Of a stretch of DNA of 64,000 nt, positions 37,309-46,879 are shown piece by piece. The DNA is taken from the NCBI GenBank assembly GCA_038209365.1, contig JBBQXS010000013.1, positions 28,959 through 92,958 of the forward strand, read 5' to 3'. Made by a program: the position numbers and the translations under genes. The DNA comes from Acidimicrobiia bacterium (lineage in GTDB: Bacteria > Actinomycetota > Acidimicrobiia > IMCC26256 > PALSA-610). Below the pieces are notes generated by a model. It worked only from the letters and a program-made list of their open reading frames with translations, made no database searches and had not been told where the DNA came from. The first letter of the stretch is position 1. Every line of letters begins with the position of its first letter.

Positions 37309-37424
37309 GAAGTTGAGCTTCACGGTTTGAGGATTTTGGCCGGCCAGGAGCCGGCGGAGACGGTCACGACGTGTGCGTAGGCGCTCGTGTCTCGCGGCGA
37401 AGTCAAAAGGGAAAGGTCGCGCAA

Positions 37425-38495
37425 ATGCTCGGCGCTCCGCAGCACTACTTGGCAGTCATCAAGGTCGTCGGCGTCGGGGGCGGCGGCTGTAACGCCGTCA
37501 ACCGGATGATCGACGCCGGGTTGAAGGGCGTCGAGTTCATCGCGATCAACACCGACGCGCAGTCGCTGCTGCTCTCCGACGCGGACGTCAAGCTCGACAT
37601 CGGCCGCCAGCTGACGCGCGGTCTCGGCGCCGGCTCCGATCCCGAGATCGGCCGCCAAGCGGCCGAGGAGCACCGTCAAGAGATCGAGGAGGTGCTGAAG
37701 GGCGCCGACATGGTGTTCATCACCGCCGGCAAGGGTGGTGGCACCGGTACCGGTGGTGCGCCGCTCGTCGCCGAGATCGCCAAGCAGATCGGCGCGCTGA
37801 CCGTCGGTGTCGTGACGCGGCCGTTCAGCTTCGAAGGACGCCGGCGCTCGGTGCAGGCCGACACCGGTATCCAGAAGCTGAAGGAGAAGGTCGACACGAT
37901 CATCATCATCCCGAACGAGCGCCTGCTCCAGGTGAGCGACGAGCGCACGTCGATGTTGAACGCGTTCAAGATGGCGGACGAGGTCCTGCTGCAGGGCGTC
38001 CAGGGCATCACCGACCTCATCACGACACCCGGCCTCATCAACACCGACTTCGCGGACGTGAAGATGATCCTCAGCAACGCCGGCTCGGCGCTCATGGGGG
38101 TGGGCTATGCATCCGGCGACGGCCGCGCCGTCGCGGCGGCGCGTGCGGCGATCTCGAGCCCGTTGCTCGAGGCGAGCATCGAAGGCGCGCGGGGGATCCT
38201 GCTCAACGTCAGCGGCCCGTCGGATCTCGGCTTGTTCGAGTTGCACGAGGCCGCCCAGATCATCGGCGAAGCCGGGCATGCCGATGCCAACGTGATCTTC
38301 GGCGCGGTGATCGACGATGCCCTCGGAGACGAGGTGCGCATCACCGTGATCGCCGCGGGCTTCGACCGCTTCGAAGGTGAGTCCCGCACCCAGCGCAGCG
38401 CCTCGCTCGGTCTCGACGACGAGGACTCGCTCGCCGGCGACGACGCGCTCGACCTCGGCGACGACGACTTCGACGTTCCTGAATTCCTGCGGTGA
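37425..38495 (+). CDS. ftsZ: Cell division GTPase FtsZ
   Basis: [27 protein letters not shown] tubulin signature, NTDAQ. ATG at 37425. Confidence 0.95.
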   Translation: MLGAPQHYLAVIKVVGVGGGGCNAVNRMIDAGLKGVEFIAINTDAQSLLLSDADVKLDIGRQLTRGLGAGSDPEIGRQAAEEHRQEIEEVLKGADMVFITAGKGGGTGTGGAPLVAEIAKQIGALTVGVVTRPFSFEGRRRSVQADTGIQKLKEKVDTIIIIPNERLLQVSDERTSMLNAFKMADEVLLQGVQGITDLITTPGLINTDFADVKMILSNAGSALMGVGYASGDGRAVAAARAAISSPLLEASIEGARGILLNVSGPSDLGLFELHEAAQIIGEAGHADANVIFGAVIDDALGDEVRITVIAAGFDRFEGESRTQRSASLGLDDEDSLAGDDALDLGDDDFDVPEFLR

Positions 38496-39184
38496 TCCTG
38501 ACGCGCAGGGTCGGGCCGGCTGCGGTCTGGTGCACCGGCCGCGCGCAGGGAAACGTCGGAGACCATGTCGGCGACGACCCTGATGCGGTGGCGCGTCATC
38601 GTGCCGAGGTCGCGGTCGCAGCCGGCCTGCCAACGCCGAGGGACTGGGTCTGGCTCCGCCAGGTGCACGGCGCCGGTGTCCACGAGGCGGCCGGGCCGAC
38701 CGCCACGAAGGAGCTGCCCGAAGCCGACGCCGCGGTCACCGCCACGCGCGGCCTGCCGCTCGCGATCGTCACCGCGGACTGCGCGCCGGTCGTCCTCGCG
38801 AATGACGACGCGATCGGTGTCGTGCACGCGGGACATCGAGGCCTTGCTGCCGGTGTGATCGAGGCCGCCGTCGCTCGCCTACGCGCGCACGGCGACGGCG
38901 AGGTGCGCGCGTTCCTCGGGCCGTGCATTCGACCCGCGCACTACGAGTTCGGTGCGCGCGACCTCGACGGGTTGGCGGCGCGCCTTGGAGACGAGGTGAA
39001 GGGTCGCACGGTCGATGGACGGCCCGCGCTCGACATTCCGACCGGGGTCGGTGTCACGCTCGCGCGTGCGGGAGTCACCCAGTTCGAGGATTGTGGCGTG
39101 TGTACCGCGGACTCAGCGGCATATTTCTCGCACCGGCGTGACGGTGCCACCGGGCGTCAGGTGACGGTTGCGGTCTTGCCATGA
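38492..39184 (+). CDS. pgeF: Peptidoglycan editing factor PgeF (YfiH/DUF152, laccase-domain protein)
   Basis: GTGA overlap with the ftsZ stop. [21 protein letters not shown] motifs. Confidence 0.85.
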   Translation: MILTRRVGPAAVWCTGRAQGNVGDHVGDDPDAVARHRAEVAVAAGLPTPRDWVWLRQVHGAGVHEAAGPTATKELPEADAAVTATRGLPLAIVTADCAPVVLANDDAIGVVHAGHRGLAAGVIEAAVARLRAHGDGEVRAFLGPCIRPAHYEFGARDLDGLAARLGDEVKGRTVDGRPALDIPTGVGVTLARAGVTQFEDCGVCTADSAAYFSHRRDGATGRQVTVAVLP

Positions 39185-39855
39185 CCGTCGGCGAGTCGCT
39201 TGTCGCGGTTCGGGCGCGTATCGACGCAGCGGCCCAAGATGCCGGCCGTGAGCCGCGGGATGTCACGCTGGTCGTCGTGACGAAATCGGTTGCCGTCGAC
39301 GCGATTCGCGAGGTACTCACGGCGGGCGTGACCGATGTCGGTGAGAACCGCGCGCAGGACCTCGTTGCGAAAGCGCGCGCGCTGGGTGCCGACGGTACAG
39401 GTGCGCCGTGCTGGCACTTCATCGGTCGGCTGCAACGCAACAAGGTGCGCACCGTCGCGCCCTATGTCGCGCTCTGGCAGTCGGTCGACCGCGACGAGCT
39501 CGCGACCGAGATCGCGCGGCGCGCGCCGGGCGCGCGGGTTCTCGTGCAGGTGAACGTGGCAGGCGAGGAGCAGAAGGGGGGCTGCGCGCCGGCCGATACC
39601 GCCGGGCTCGTCGCTCGATGCCGGGCGGCGCACGGGCTGGACGTCGAGGGCCTCATGACCGTGCCGCCTGACGGGGCCGATCCCACCCCAATTTTTGCAA
39701 CACTCCGCCGCCTCTCGGATGAGCTCGGCCTCGCGACCTGCTCAATGGGCATGAGCGGCGACTACGAGCGCGCGATCCGGGCCGGGGCCACGATGGTGCG
39801 AGTCGGGAGTGCCATCTTCGGTCCGCGTCCGGCCGATTCGGACGCGCGACGATAA
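39181..39855 (+). CDS. yggS: YggS/YlmE family PLP-binding protein
   Basis: ATGA overlap with pgeF. VVVTKSV (PLP lysine), GENRAQD, HFIGRLQRNK, SMGMSGDYE. Confidence 0.85.
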   Translation: MTVGESLVAVRARIDAAAQDAGREPRDVTLVVVTKSVAVDAIREVLTAGVTDVGENRAQDLVAKARALGADGTGAPCWHFIGRLQRNKVRTVAPYVALWQSVDRDELATEIARRAPGARVLVQVNVAGEEQKGGCAPADTAGLVARCRAAHGLDVEGLMTVPPDGADPTPIFATLRRLSDELGLATCSMGMSGDYERAIRAGATMVRVGSAIFGPRPADSDARR

Positions 39856-39955
39856 TCTCTCGCAGGAGTTCGACCCTCCGACGCACCACTCCCTGCGACC
39901 CAAATCGCTGCGACCGAGACCAAGGTGACTGGGACACATCAGAAGGGACTCCGGC

Positions 39956-40513
39956 ATGTCGGTCTTCCACAAGACGATGGTCTGGCTGGGCCTCGTCGAT
40001 GACGAAGAGTATTACGGCGACGACGAGTACTACGTCGACGAGTACGGCGAACCGGTTGCCGCACCCGCGCGCCAGCCTTCACGCGGGACAGCGACGGTCG
40101 CTGCGCCCGCGCCGCCCGAGTCCAGTCCGCTGACGGTGATACGCAGCCGTCGCGAACGCGACGATGCGAGTCCCGCCGGCGCGCCGGCCGTGGCGCGCCC
40201 GCCCACGGTGAAGCCGATCCCGATGCCCGCCACGCGCGTGCACGTCATGGAGCCGAAGGGCTTCAACGACGCACAGGAGGTCGGCGATCGCCTCAAGGCC
40301 GGGCAGCCGGTCATCCTCAACCTGCAAGGCGTCGATCGCGACCTGCAGCGGCGCCTGATCGACTTCTCGAGCGGACTCGCATACGCACTCAACGGCACGA
40401 TGTCGAAGGCCGCCGACCAAGTCTTCCTCCTGACGCCGTCCAACGTGGAAGTCTCCGAAGAGGAGAAGGAGCGCCTGCAGGCTCGCGGCCTGTATCGCGC
40501 GTCGCGCTCGTGA
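39956..40513 (+). CDS. sepF: Cell division protein SepF
   Basis: Amphipathic N-terminus MSVFHKTMVWLGL. C-terminal DAQEVGDRLKAGQPVILNL...DFSSGLAYALNG. Confidence 0.85.
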   Translation: MSVFHKTMVWLGLVDDEEYYGDDEYYVDEYGEPVAAPARQPSRGTATVAAPAPPESSPLTVIRSRRERDDASPAGAPAVARPPTVKPIPMPATRVHVMEPKGFNDAQEVGDRLKAGQPVILNLQGVDRDLQRRLIDFSSGLAYALNGTMSKAADQVFLLTPSNVEVSEEEKERLQARGLYRASRS

Positions 40514-40752
40514 CGATCCTCTGCGCAATCGTCACGGCCTACATGGTCGTGTTGTTCGCCCGCGCCATCATGTCGTGGTTCCCGATCCGCCCCGGCACGC
40601 CTTGGGCATCGGTGTACGGCGTGTTGCTCGATTTGACGGAGCCGGTGTTGGCGCCGTTGCGGCGCATCATTCCGGCCGCGGGAATGTTCGACCTGTCGTT
40701 CCTCGTGTTGTTCGTGGCGCTCGGAATCCTGCGCGCGGCGGTCTGCAGCTGA
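40510..40752 (+). CDS. yggT: YggT/YlmG family membrane protein
   Basis: 80 aa, two TM helices. LDLTEPVLAPLRRIIP motif. GTGA overlap with sepF. Confidence 0.8.
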   Translation: MTILCAIVTAYMVVLFARAIMSWFPIRPGTPWASVYGVLLDLTEPVLAPLRRIIPAAGMFDLSFLVLFVALGILRAAVCS

Positions 40753-40801
40753 ATCGCGTCGGGTACCCAACACCGGGAGTGGGCGGGTCTACAGTGGTGT
40801 G

Positions 40802-41932
40802 ATGGAAATCAGCCCCCGTGAGCTTCGTGACGTAGAGATCCGGGAATCGCTCCGCGGCTACAACCGCGACGAGGTGAACGACCTCCTCGAGCGGGCGGCG
40901 GGCACCATCGAGGCCACCACCGACCGGCTCCAGCAGCTGACCGAACGACTCGCGTCGGCCCAGAGCGAGGCGGGCCGGACCCGCGAGACCGAAGACGTGT
41001 TGCACCGGACCCTCTTGCTGGCCCAACGGGCCGCCGACGAGGCGGTCGCCGAGGCGACTGCCAAAGCCCGGCAGCTGCTCGATGATGCCGACATCCAGTC
41101 GCGCCGTCTGGTCGCGGAAAGCGAGTCGGACGCCCGGCGCAAGGGTGAGGCCGAGCGCCGGCGGCTCGAAGAGGAGATCCTCGACCTCGCGGGACGCCGC
41201 GAGTCGTTGCTCGCCGATGTCGAGGCGCTCACGCGGTTCGAGACCGAGTATCGCGAGCGCATGGCGCGCGCCCTGGAAGCCGATCTCTCTGCGCTGCGCT
41301 CGCGCCCGACGACCGCGCCGGGAACGCGTCCGGAGGCATCGGACGTCGCGGTACCGAGCGGCGGGCAACCGCACGCCCCGCAGGGCGCACCGTCAGCCCC
41401 GTCCGCGCCGAAGGAGGCGTCGGCGCAAGCGCAAGCGCCCGCACCGGCGTCGCGCGCAGTACCGCCCGCGCCCGCGCCCGCCGCACCTTCGGCAATGCCC
41501 GACAAGAACGTGACCGCGGGCGAGACCCCACCCGCGCGCGGGGGCGCCAACATGGGCACGCACGAGGTCGATGTGCGCACGCTGTTCGAACAGTCGAAGA
41601 ACGCGGCGTCCCCGGCGCCCAACGCGGGCCCATCCAGCTCGGCCCCACCGAATGCAGGCATGCCGGCCCCGCCCGAGCAATCGTCCGCGAGGCAGATGCC
41701 GAAGCCGCCGCAACAGGGCGGCGCGCCCGGTCCGGCCGAGTTGCTCGGCAACGACGGTCGCGACGCGGACGTCCTCGACGACGACGCGTTCTTCGCGACG
41801 CTGCGCGACGCGGTGCACGACGAAGCGCCGCTCGGGCCGCGCGATGACGACGACCCCACCGGCGATCAGCGCTTCTTCGACCAGGACGCCGATCGGGGCA
41901 CCTTCCGCGACGTCTTCCGCCGCCGCCGCTGA
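40802..41932 (+). CDS. divIVA: DivIVA/Wag31 family protein with long Pro/Ala-rich C-terminal tail
   Basis: N-terminal DivIVA domain (EISPRELRDVEIRESLRGYNRDEVNDLLE) followed by a coiled coil. The track starts at GTG 40799, one codon upstream. Confidence 0.85.
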   Translation: MEISPRELRDVEIRESLRGYNRDEVNDLLERAAGTIEATTDRLQQLTERLASAQSEAGRTRETEDVLHRTLLLAQRAADEAVAEATAKARQLLDDADIQSRRLVAESESDARRKGEAERRRLEEEILDLAGRRESLLADVEALTRFETEYRERMARALEADLSALRSRPTTAPGTRPEASDVAVPSGGQPHAPQGAPSAPSAPKEASAQAQAPAPASRAVPPAPAPAAPSAMPDKNVTAGETPPARGGANMGTHEVDVRTLFEQSKNAASPAPNAGPSSSAPPNAGMPAPPEQSSARQMPKPPQQGGAPGPAELLGNDGRDADVLDDDAFFATLRDAVHDEAPLGPRDDDDPTGDQRFFDQDADRGTFRDVFRRRR

Positions 41933-41948
41933 GGGGGATCGTCGCCGG

Positions 41949-44900
41949 TCAGGCGCGTTGGAGCTCGGCGTGCACGGCTTCCCCGTCGACGACGGCGTTG
42001 CTCGTGCCCGCCGGCACCTCGCCCTCGTCGATCCCGAAGTCGGTCGCCAACACCTCGGCCATGATCCAGGCACGGTGCGCGTCGGCAGTGGCCGCGATCC
42101 GTGCGGGCGCCCGGAGCTTCACGGTGATCCGGTCGGCGAGCGCGAATCCGCTGGTCTTGCGCAGATCGTTGAGGGCGCGGATCAGCTCCCGTGCCAATCC
42201 CTCGGCGCGCAGGGCGTCGTCCAGCGTGAGGTCGAGCGCGACCGCGTGGGGGCCGTCCTGCGCGAGCGTCAGATCCTGGTGTTGCTCGGCGCGTATCTCG
42301 ACGTCGTCGGGCGCGAGCGTGACCGGCGCGCCGTCGACGTCGAGTGTGTAGCTCCCGTCCTCGTCGAACGCGCGGCGCACGACCGATCCATCGACGTGCT
42401 CGAGGAGCTCCTTCACGCGCGGCATGCTCTTGCCGAGTCGCGGTCCCAGCCTGCTGAAGTTCGGCACGACGCGATACGACAGCAGGCCTTCGAGCGACGC
42501 CACGACTTCGAAGCGTTTCACGTTCAGCTCGTCGGCGATCTCGCGCACGACCTCATCACGTAGCTGCTCACCGGCGGTCATCAGCGCGATGGCGCGCGGC
42601 AACGGTTGGCGCACGCCCAGCCGCGCGTCGGCGCGCGCGGCGCGTCCCAGCGACACCAGCGTGCGCGCCAGCGTGATCTCCGCTTCGAGCGCATCGTCGA
42701 TCGCGTGCTCGTCGTACGCCGGCCAGTCGGTCAGGTGCACGGAATCGTCGCTTCCGGCAAGGTTGCGGTACATCTCGTCGGCGACGAACGGGCAGAACGG
42801 CGCAAGCATCTGGGAGACCACGCTGAGGACATGGTGCAGGGTCGTGTGGGCGTCGGGGTCGGACGACTTCCAAAACCGTGGCCGCGAGCGCCGCACATAC
42901 CAATTGGAGAGGTCGTCGACGAGGCCGGCGAGCGCCTGGGCGCCCCCCAGCGCGTCGAAGTCCTCCAGCGAGTCCGTCACCGTGCGCACGGTGCGGTGGA
43001 GCCGGGAGGTGATCCAGCGATCGAGCACGTGATCCTGGTCGCGCTCGGTCCCGTGCGCTCCGCTCGCCGCATCATGATCCGGGCGCCAGCCGTCGATGTT
43101 CGCATACGTGACGAAGAAGGAGTACGTGTTCCACAGCGTCAGCAGGAACTGCCGAGTCGACTCGTCGATGCCCTCGAGCGAGACCCGCTTCGGTGTCCAG
43201 GGCGAACCCGACGAGAACATGTACCAGCGCAGCGCGTCGGCGCCCCGCGAGGCGAGCACGGGCACGGGATCGATGTCGTTGCCGCGCGACTTCGACATCT
43301 TGGCGCCGTGCTTGTCGACGAGCAGCGCCAGGCATACGACGTTGCGGTACGGCGTTTTGCCGAACACGAGCGTGTTGACCGCGAGCAAGGAGTAGAACCA
43401 CCCGCGCGTCTGGTCGATCGCCTCGCAGATGAAGTCGGCGGGGAACCGCGACGGGAACAGGGACTCGTTCTCGAACGGATAGTGGAATTGCGCGGCCGGC
43501 ATCGAGCCCGAGTCGAACCACGCGTCGAGCACCGGCTCCACGCGGTACGCGATGCCGGATCCGCAGGCCGGGCAGCTGATCGCGACGTCGTCGACGAACG
43601 GCCGGTGCAGGTCCATGCCCGTGAGATCGCGATCCGAGAGCTCGGAGAGCTCGGAGACCGATCCGACACATGTGTCGTGCCCGCAGTCGTGACACCGCCA
43701 CACGGGGATCGGTGTGCCCCAGTAGCGATCACGGGAAAGCGCCCAGTCGACGTTGTTCTCGAGCCAGTCGCCGAAGCGGCCGTGCTTGATGTGGTCCGGG
43801 TACCAGTTGATCGTCTCGTTCTCGCGGAGGAGTTCTTGCTTGTGCGCAGACGTCGCCGCGAACCAGGTGGGCTTGGCCCAGTAGATCAGCGGTGTGTCGC
43901 AGCGCCAGCAGTGCGGATAGGAGTGTGTGTAGTCGACGGCCTTCACGAGCCTGCCGGTCGTGATCAGTGCGTCGATCAGTGCCGGGTCGGCGTCCTTCAC
44001 GAATTTGCGCGCGTACGGAGGCCCGACCTCGTCGACGAACCGGGCCGCGTCGTTCACCGGGTTGACGAACGGCAGCCCCTCGCGCTCACCGATCTCCCGG
44101 TCGACCTCACCGAATGCCGGCGCGAGGTGCACGACGCCCGACCCGTCCTCGATGGTGACGAAGTCGTCGGCGACGACCGTGAACGCTCGTTCGCCCTCGA
44201 CCGCAACGAGCGAGAACGGCGGCTCGTACCGGGCGCCGACCAATTCGGAGACCGGGACGGGCGCGATCACGGAAGCGTCGCCCAGCACGGCGTCGACGCG
44301 GTCGCGCGCCATCACGAGGTCGCGCCCGCCGTCGGGTGCCTTCACGCGCACGTACTCGATGCGGGGGCCGACTGCAGCGCCCGTGTTCGACGGCAGTGTC
44401 CACGGCGTCGTCGTCCACACCAGCACATCGACGTCGCGCCCGACCAACGGGAACCGCACGTAGATCGACGGCTCGGTGATGTCGCGATACGCGCCGGGCT
44501 GGCCGAGCTCGTGCGACGAGAGCGCGGTGCCGCAGCGGCCGCAGTACGGCACCACCTTGAAGCCTTCGTAGATCGCGTTCGCGTCCCACATCTGGCGGAA
44601 CAACCACCAGACGGTCTCGATGTACTCGTCGGACATGGTCCAGTACGCACCGGCGGTGTCGAGCCACATCCCGATGCGCGACGTGAGCGACTGCCAGTCC
44701 TCGACGTAGCGCTGCACGGACGCTCGGCACTGCGCGTTGAATCGCTCGATGCCGTAGTCCTCGATCTCGTGCTTGCCCGAGAAGCCGAGCTCCTTCTCGA
44801 CCTCGACCTCGACCGGCAGCCCGTGACAATCCCAGCCGCCCTTGCGCCCGACGTGCTTGCCGCGCATCGTGTGGAAGCGCGGGTAGATGTCCTTGAAGAG

Positions 44901-45098
44901 GCGAGCCCACACGTGGTGGATGGCGGGTCTGCCGTTGGCCGTCGGCGGCCCCTCGTAGAAGACCCACTCCGGTGCCCCGTGCCGCCGGCGCAATGACTCG
45001 CCGAAGACGTCGTGCTCACGCCAGCGGGCGAGGACCTCGTGCTCGAGCGCGACGAGGTCGAACGAGGAGTCCACCGGACGGAACATCGGCGCGGGCAT
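41949..45098 (-). CDS. ileS: Isoleucine--tRNA ligase (long, actinobacterial type)
   Basis: 1049 aa. PPTANGRPAIHHV (HIGH region), KMSKSRGN, and CP1 editing domain sequence. Confidence 0.95.
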   Translation of the reverse strand: MPAPMFRPVDSSFDLVALEHEVLARWREHDVFGESLRRRHGAPEWVFYEGPPTANGRPAIHHVWARLFKDIYPRFHTMRGKHVGRKGGWDCHGLPVEVEVEKELGFSGKHEIEDYGIERFNAQCRASVQRYVEDWQSLTSRIGMWLDTAGAYWTMSDEYIETVWWLFRQMWDANAIYEGFKVVPYCGRCGTALSSHELGQPGAYRDITEPSIYVRFPLVGRDVDVLVWTTTPWTLPSNTGAAVGPRIEYVRVKAPDGGRDLVMARDRVDAVLGDASVIAPVPVSELVGARYEPPFSLVAVEGERAFTVVADDFVTIEDGSGVVHLAPAFGEVDREIGEREGLPFVNPVNDAARFVDEVGPPYARKFVKDADPALIDALITTGRLVKAVDYTHSYPHCWRCDTPLIYWAKPTWFAATSAHKQELLRENETINWYPDHIKHGRFGDWLENNVDWALSRDRYWGTPIPVWRCHDCGHDTCVGSVSELSELSDRDLTGMDLHRPFVDDVAISCPACGSGIAYRVEPVLDAWFDSGSMPAAQFHYPFENESLFPSRFPADFICEAIDQTRGWFYSLLAVNTLVFGKTPYRNVVCLALLVDKHGAKMSKSRGNDIDPVPVLASRGADALRWYMFSSGSPWTPKRVSLEGIDESTRQFLLTLWNTYSFFVTYANIDGWRPDHDAASGAHGTERDQDHVLDRWITSRLHRTVRTVTDSLEDFDALGGAQALAGLVDDLSNWYVRRSRPRFWKSSDPDAHTTLHHVLSVVSQMLAPFCPFVADEMYRNLAGSDDSVHLTDWPAYDEHAIDDALEAEITLARTLVSLGRAARADARLGVRQPLPRAIALMTAGEQLRDEVVREIADELNVKRFEVVASLEGLLSYRVVPNFSRLGPRLGKSMPRVKELLEHVDGSVVRRAFDEDGSYTLDVDGAPVTLAPDDVEIRAEQHQDLTLAQDGPHAVALDLTLDDALRAEGLARELIRALNDLRKTSGFALADRITVKLRAPARIAATADAHRAWIMAEVLATDFGIDEGEVPAGTSNAVVDGEAVHAELQRA

Positions 45099-45161
45099 TG
45101 GACGGCCACGATACCGGTGGCCCCGGAAGAGACGTGGCCCATTGCGACTAGTGTCGGCCAG

Positions 45162-46652
45162 ATGCTCCGACGTCAGGCGCGGGCGCGCGCGGCCCTCTCC
45201 ACGCTTCTCGTCGCGGCAGCCACCTGCGTCGGCGTCGCGGCCTCCACCACGACGGCCGCAGCTGCCGCGTCACACGACGACACCGTGTACGCGTTCGGCG
45301 CGGCGAGCTTCCGCGGCTCCACCCAGGGCATACCGCTCGTGCGTCCGGTCGTCGCGATGGCCAGCACGGCCAGCGGCAACGGCTACTGGCTCGTCGCCGA
45401 TGACGGCGGCGTGTTCTCCTTCGGTGACGCGGAGTTCCACGGCAGTCTCGGCGGCCGGCCACTGAACGCCCCCATCGTCGGCATGACCGGGACGTCGACC
45501 GGCCACGGCTACTGGCTCGTGGCCGCGGACGGCGGTGTGTTCTCCTTCGGTGACGCGCACTTCCACGGCAGCATGGGCGGCATCCCGTTGACCGCGCCGG
45601 TGAGGTCGATCATCCGAGGTCCCGGGAGCGGTGGCTACTGGCTGTACGCGGCCGACGGCGGCGTGTTCACGTTCGGCTCCGCTCGATTCCACGGCTCGAC
45701 GGGCGGGATGCAGCTGTTCGCGCCGGTCGTCGGCATGGCCTCGACACGCGGCGGTCGCGGGTACTGGCTCGTGGCGTCCGACGGCGGTGTGTTCACGTTC
45801 GGCGCCGCCCGCTTCAAGGGGTCGATGGGCGGGCGGCCGCTGTACGCGCCGGTCATCGGCATGGCACGCGAGGGCAGCGGCAACGGGTACTGGCTCGCCG
45901 GATCCGACGGTGGGGTGTTCTCGTTCGGCTCGGCGCAGTTCGAAGGCAGCGCGTACGGCCTCGTGCCACCGGGTCGCCACATCGGCCAGCTCGTCGGCAT
46001 GCCGCACGGCAACGGCTATCGCATGCTCGCGGTGGACGACATCCCTGTGGTCGAGCAGGTCGGGCCGGGCGCATCCGGTCCGGCCGTGAGCAATCTCCAG
46101 AGCCGGCTCCTCTCGCTCGGTTACTGGCTCCCCGGAGTGAATGCCGTCTACGACGACCTCACCCAGCAGGCCGTGTACGCGTTCCAGAAGTGGCAGGGGC
46201 TCCCTCGAACGGGAACGGTCGACGGCCCGACGCAAGCCGCGTTCGTGAACGCGCAACGCCCGCGTCCGAGGTCTGCGAGCGGCTACGTCGTCGAGATCGA
46301 CAAGACCCGTCAGGTGATGATGGTCACCACCAACGGCATCGCGACTTGGACGTTCAACATCTCCTCCGGTTCGGACCATCCGTACGTCGAGGGCAGCAAC
46401 AGCGGCGATGCGCACACGCCCGAGGGCGTCTTCACGCTCATCCGCCAAGTCGACGGACCTGACCACGGCCCGCTCGGCACGCTCTGGCGGCCCAAGTACT
46501 TCACGTGGCAGGGCCACGCGATCCACGGCTATACGAGCGTGCCGCCGTATCCCGCGTCACACGGGTGCGTGCGCGTGTCGAACACCGCGATGAACTGGTT
46601 GTGGGCCACGAACACGCTGCCGCTCGGCACGACCGTCTGGGTCTATCTGTAA
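45162..46652 (+). CDS. Secreted L,D-transpeptidase (YkuD) with PG-binding domain and N-terminal 42-aa repeat (propeller-like) domain
   Basis: Signal peptide MLRRQARARAALSTLLVAAATCVGVAAS. PG_binding_1-like SNLQSRLLSLGYW...TGTVDGPTQ. Catalytic HG...SHGCVRV. Confidence 0.85.
   Translation: MLRRQARARAALSTLLVAAATCVGVAASTTTAAAAASHDDTVYAFGAASFRGSTQGIPLVRPVVAMASTASGNGYWLVADDGGVFSFGDAEFHGSLGGRPLNAPIVGMTGTSTGHGYWLVAADGGVFSFGDAHFHGSMGGIPLTAPVRSIIRGPGSGGYWLYAADGGVFTFGSARFHGSTGGMQLFAPVVGMASTRGGRGYWLVASDGGVFTFGAARFKGSMGGRPLYAPVIGMAREGSGNGYWLAGSDGGVFSFGSAQFEGSAYGLVPPGRHIGQLVGMPHGNGYRMLAVDDIPVVEQVGPGASGPAVSNLQSRLLSLGYWLPGVNAVYDDLTQQAVYAFQKWQGLPRTGTVDGPTQAAFVNAQRPRPRSASGYVVEIDKTRQVMMVTTNGIATWTFNISSGSDHPYVEGSNSGDAHTPEGVFTLIRQVDGPDHGPLGTLWRPKYFTWQGHAIHGYTSVPPYPASHGCVRVSNTAMNWLWATNTLPLGTTVWVYL
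45282..46040 (+). repeat. Six tandem ~126-nt (42-aa) coding repeats inside the L,D-transpeptidase gene
   Basis: Repeated GYWLVAxDGGVF(S/T)FGxAxFxGSxGGxPLxAP(V/I)VGMxxxxxGx. Full copies start at aa 74, 116, 158, 200 and 242, plus a partial first blade. Confidence 0.8.
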
Positions 46653-46775
46653 TCCTGGTCGCGCTTGCCGATCGCGGGTCGGACCGCGGTCGACGCGGTC
46701 GCGCGCGTCGGCAAGCTGGTGAGGCCGCGAGCCGGCCGGCATGACCGAAGCCCCTCAGGCCTGGGGCTACACTCC

Positions 46776-46807
46776 GGCGCCTTCCGGGCACCGTGCCCGG
46801 AAGCGCC
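46776..46807. promoter_or_regulatory. Near-perfect 32-nt palindrome upstream of the DksA/TraR-like gene
   Basis: GGCGCCTTCCGGGCAC-c-GTGCCCGGAAG-CGCC, preceded by the hairpin GCCCC-tcaggcct-GGGGC (46750-46767). Could be the terminator of the upstream gene or an operator. Confidence 0.3.
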
Positions 46808-46879
46808 CCCGGGGCGGCGATCTCGCCGACCGGGCAGCGTCCGCAGATCGAGCCCGGCGGCACCGGGCCGGAGAGAAGC

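Noticed and set aside
45099-45161. Possible T-box leader upstream of ileS. Actinobacterial ileS genes are known to carry translational T-box riboswitches.
   Set aside because: Only 63 nt separate ileS from the divergent L,D-transpeptidase start. I found no UGGUACCGCG-type T-box sequence or Ile specifier-loop context on the minus strand out to ~45330. The only notable element is a hairpin, GGCCAC-cggtatc-GTGGCC, ending 6 nt before the ATG.
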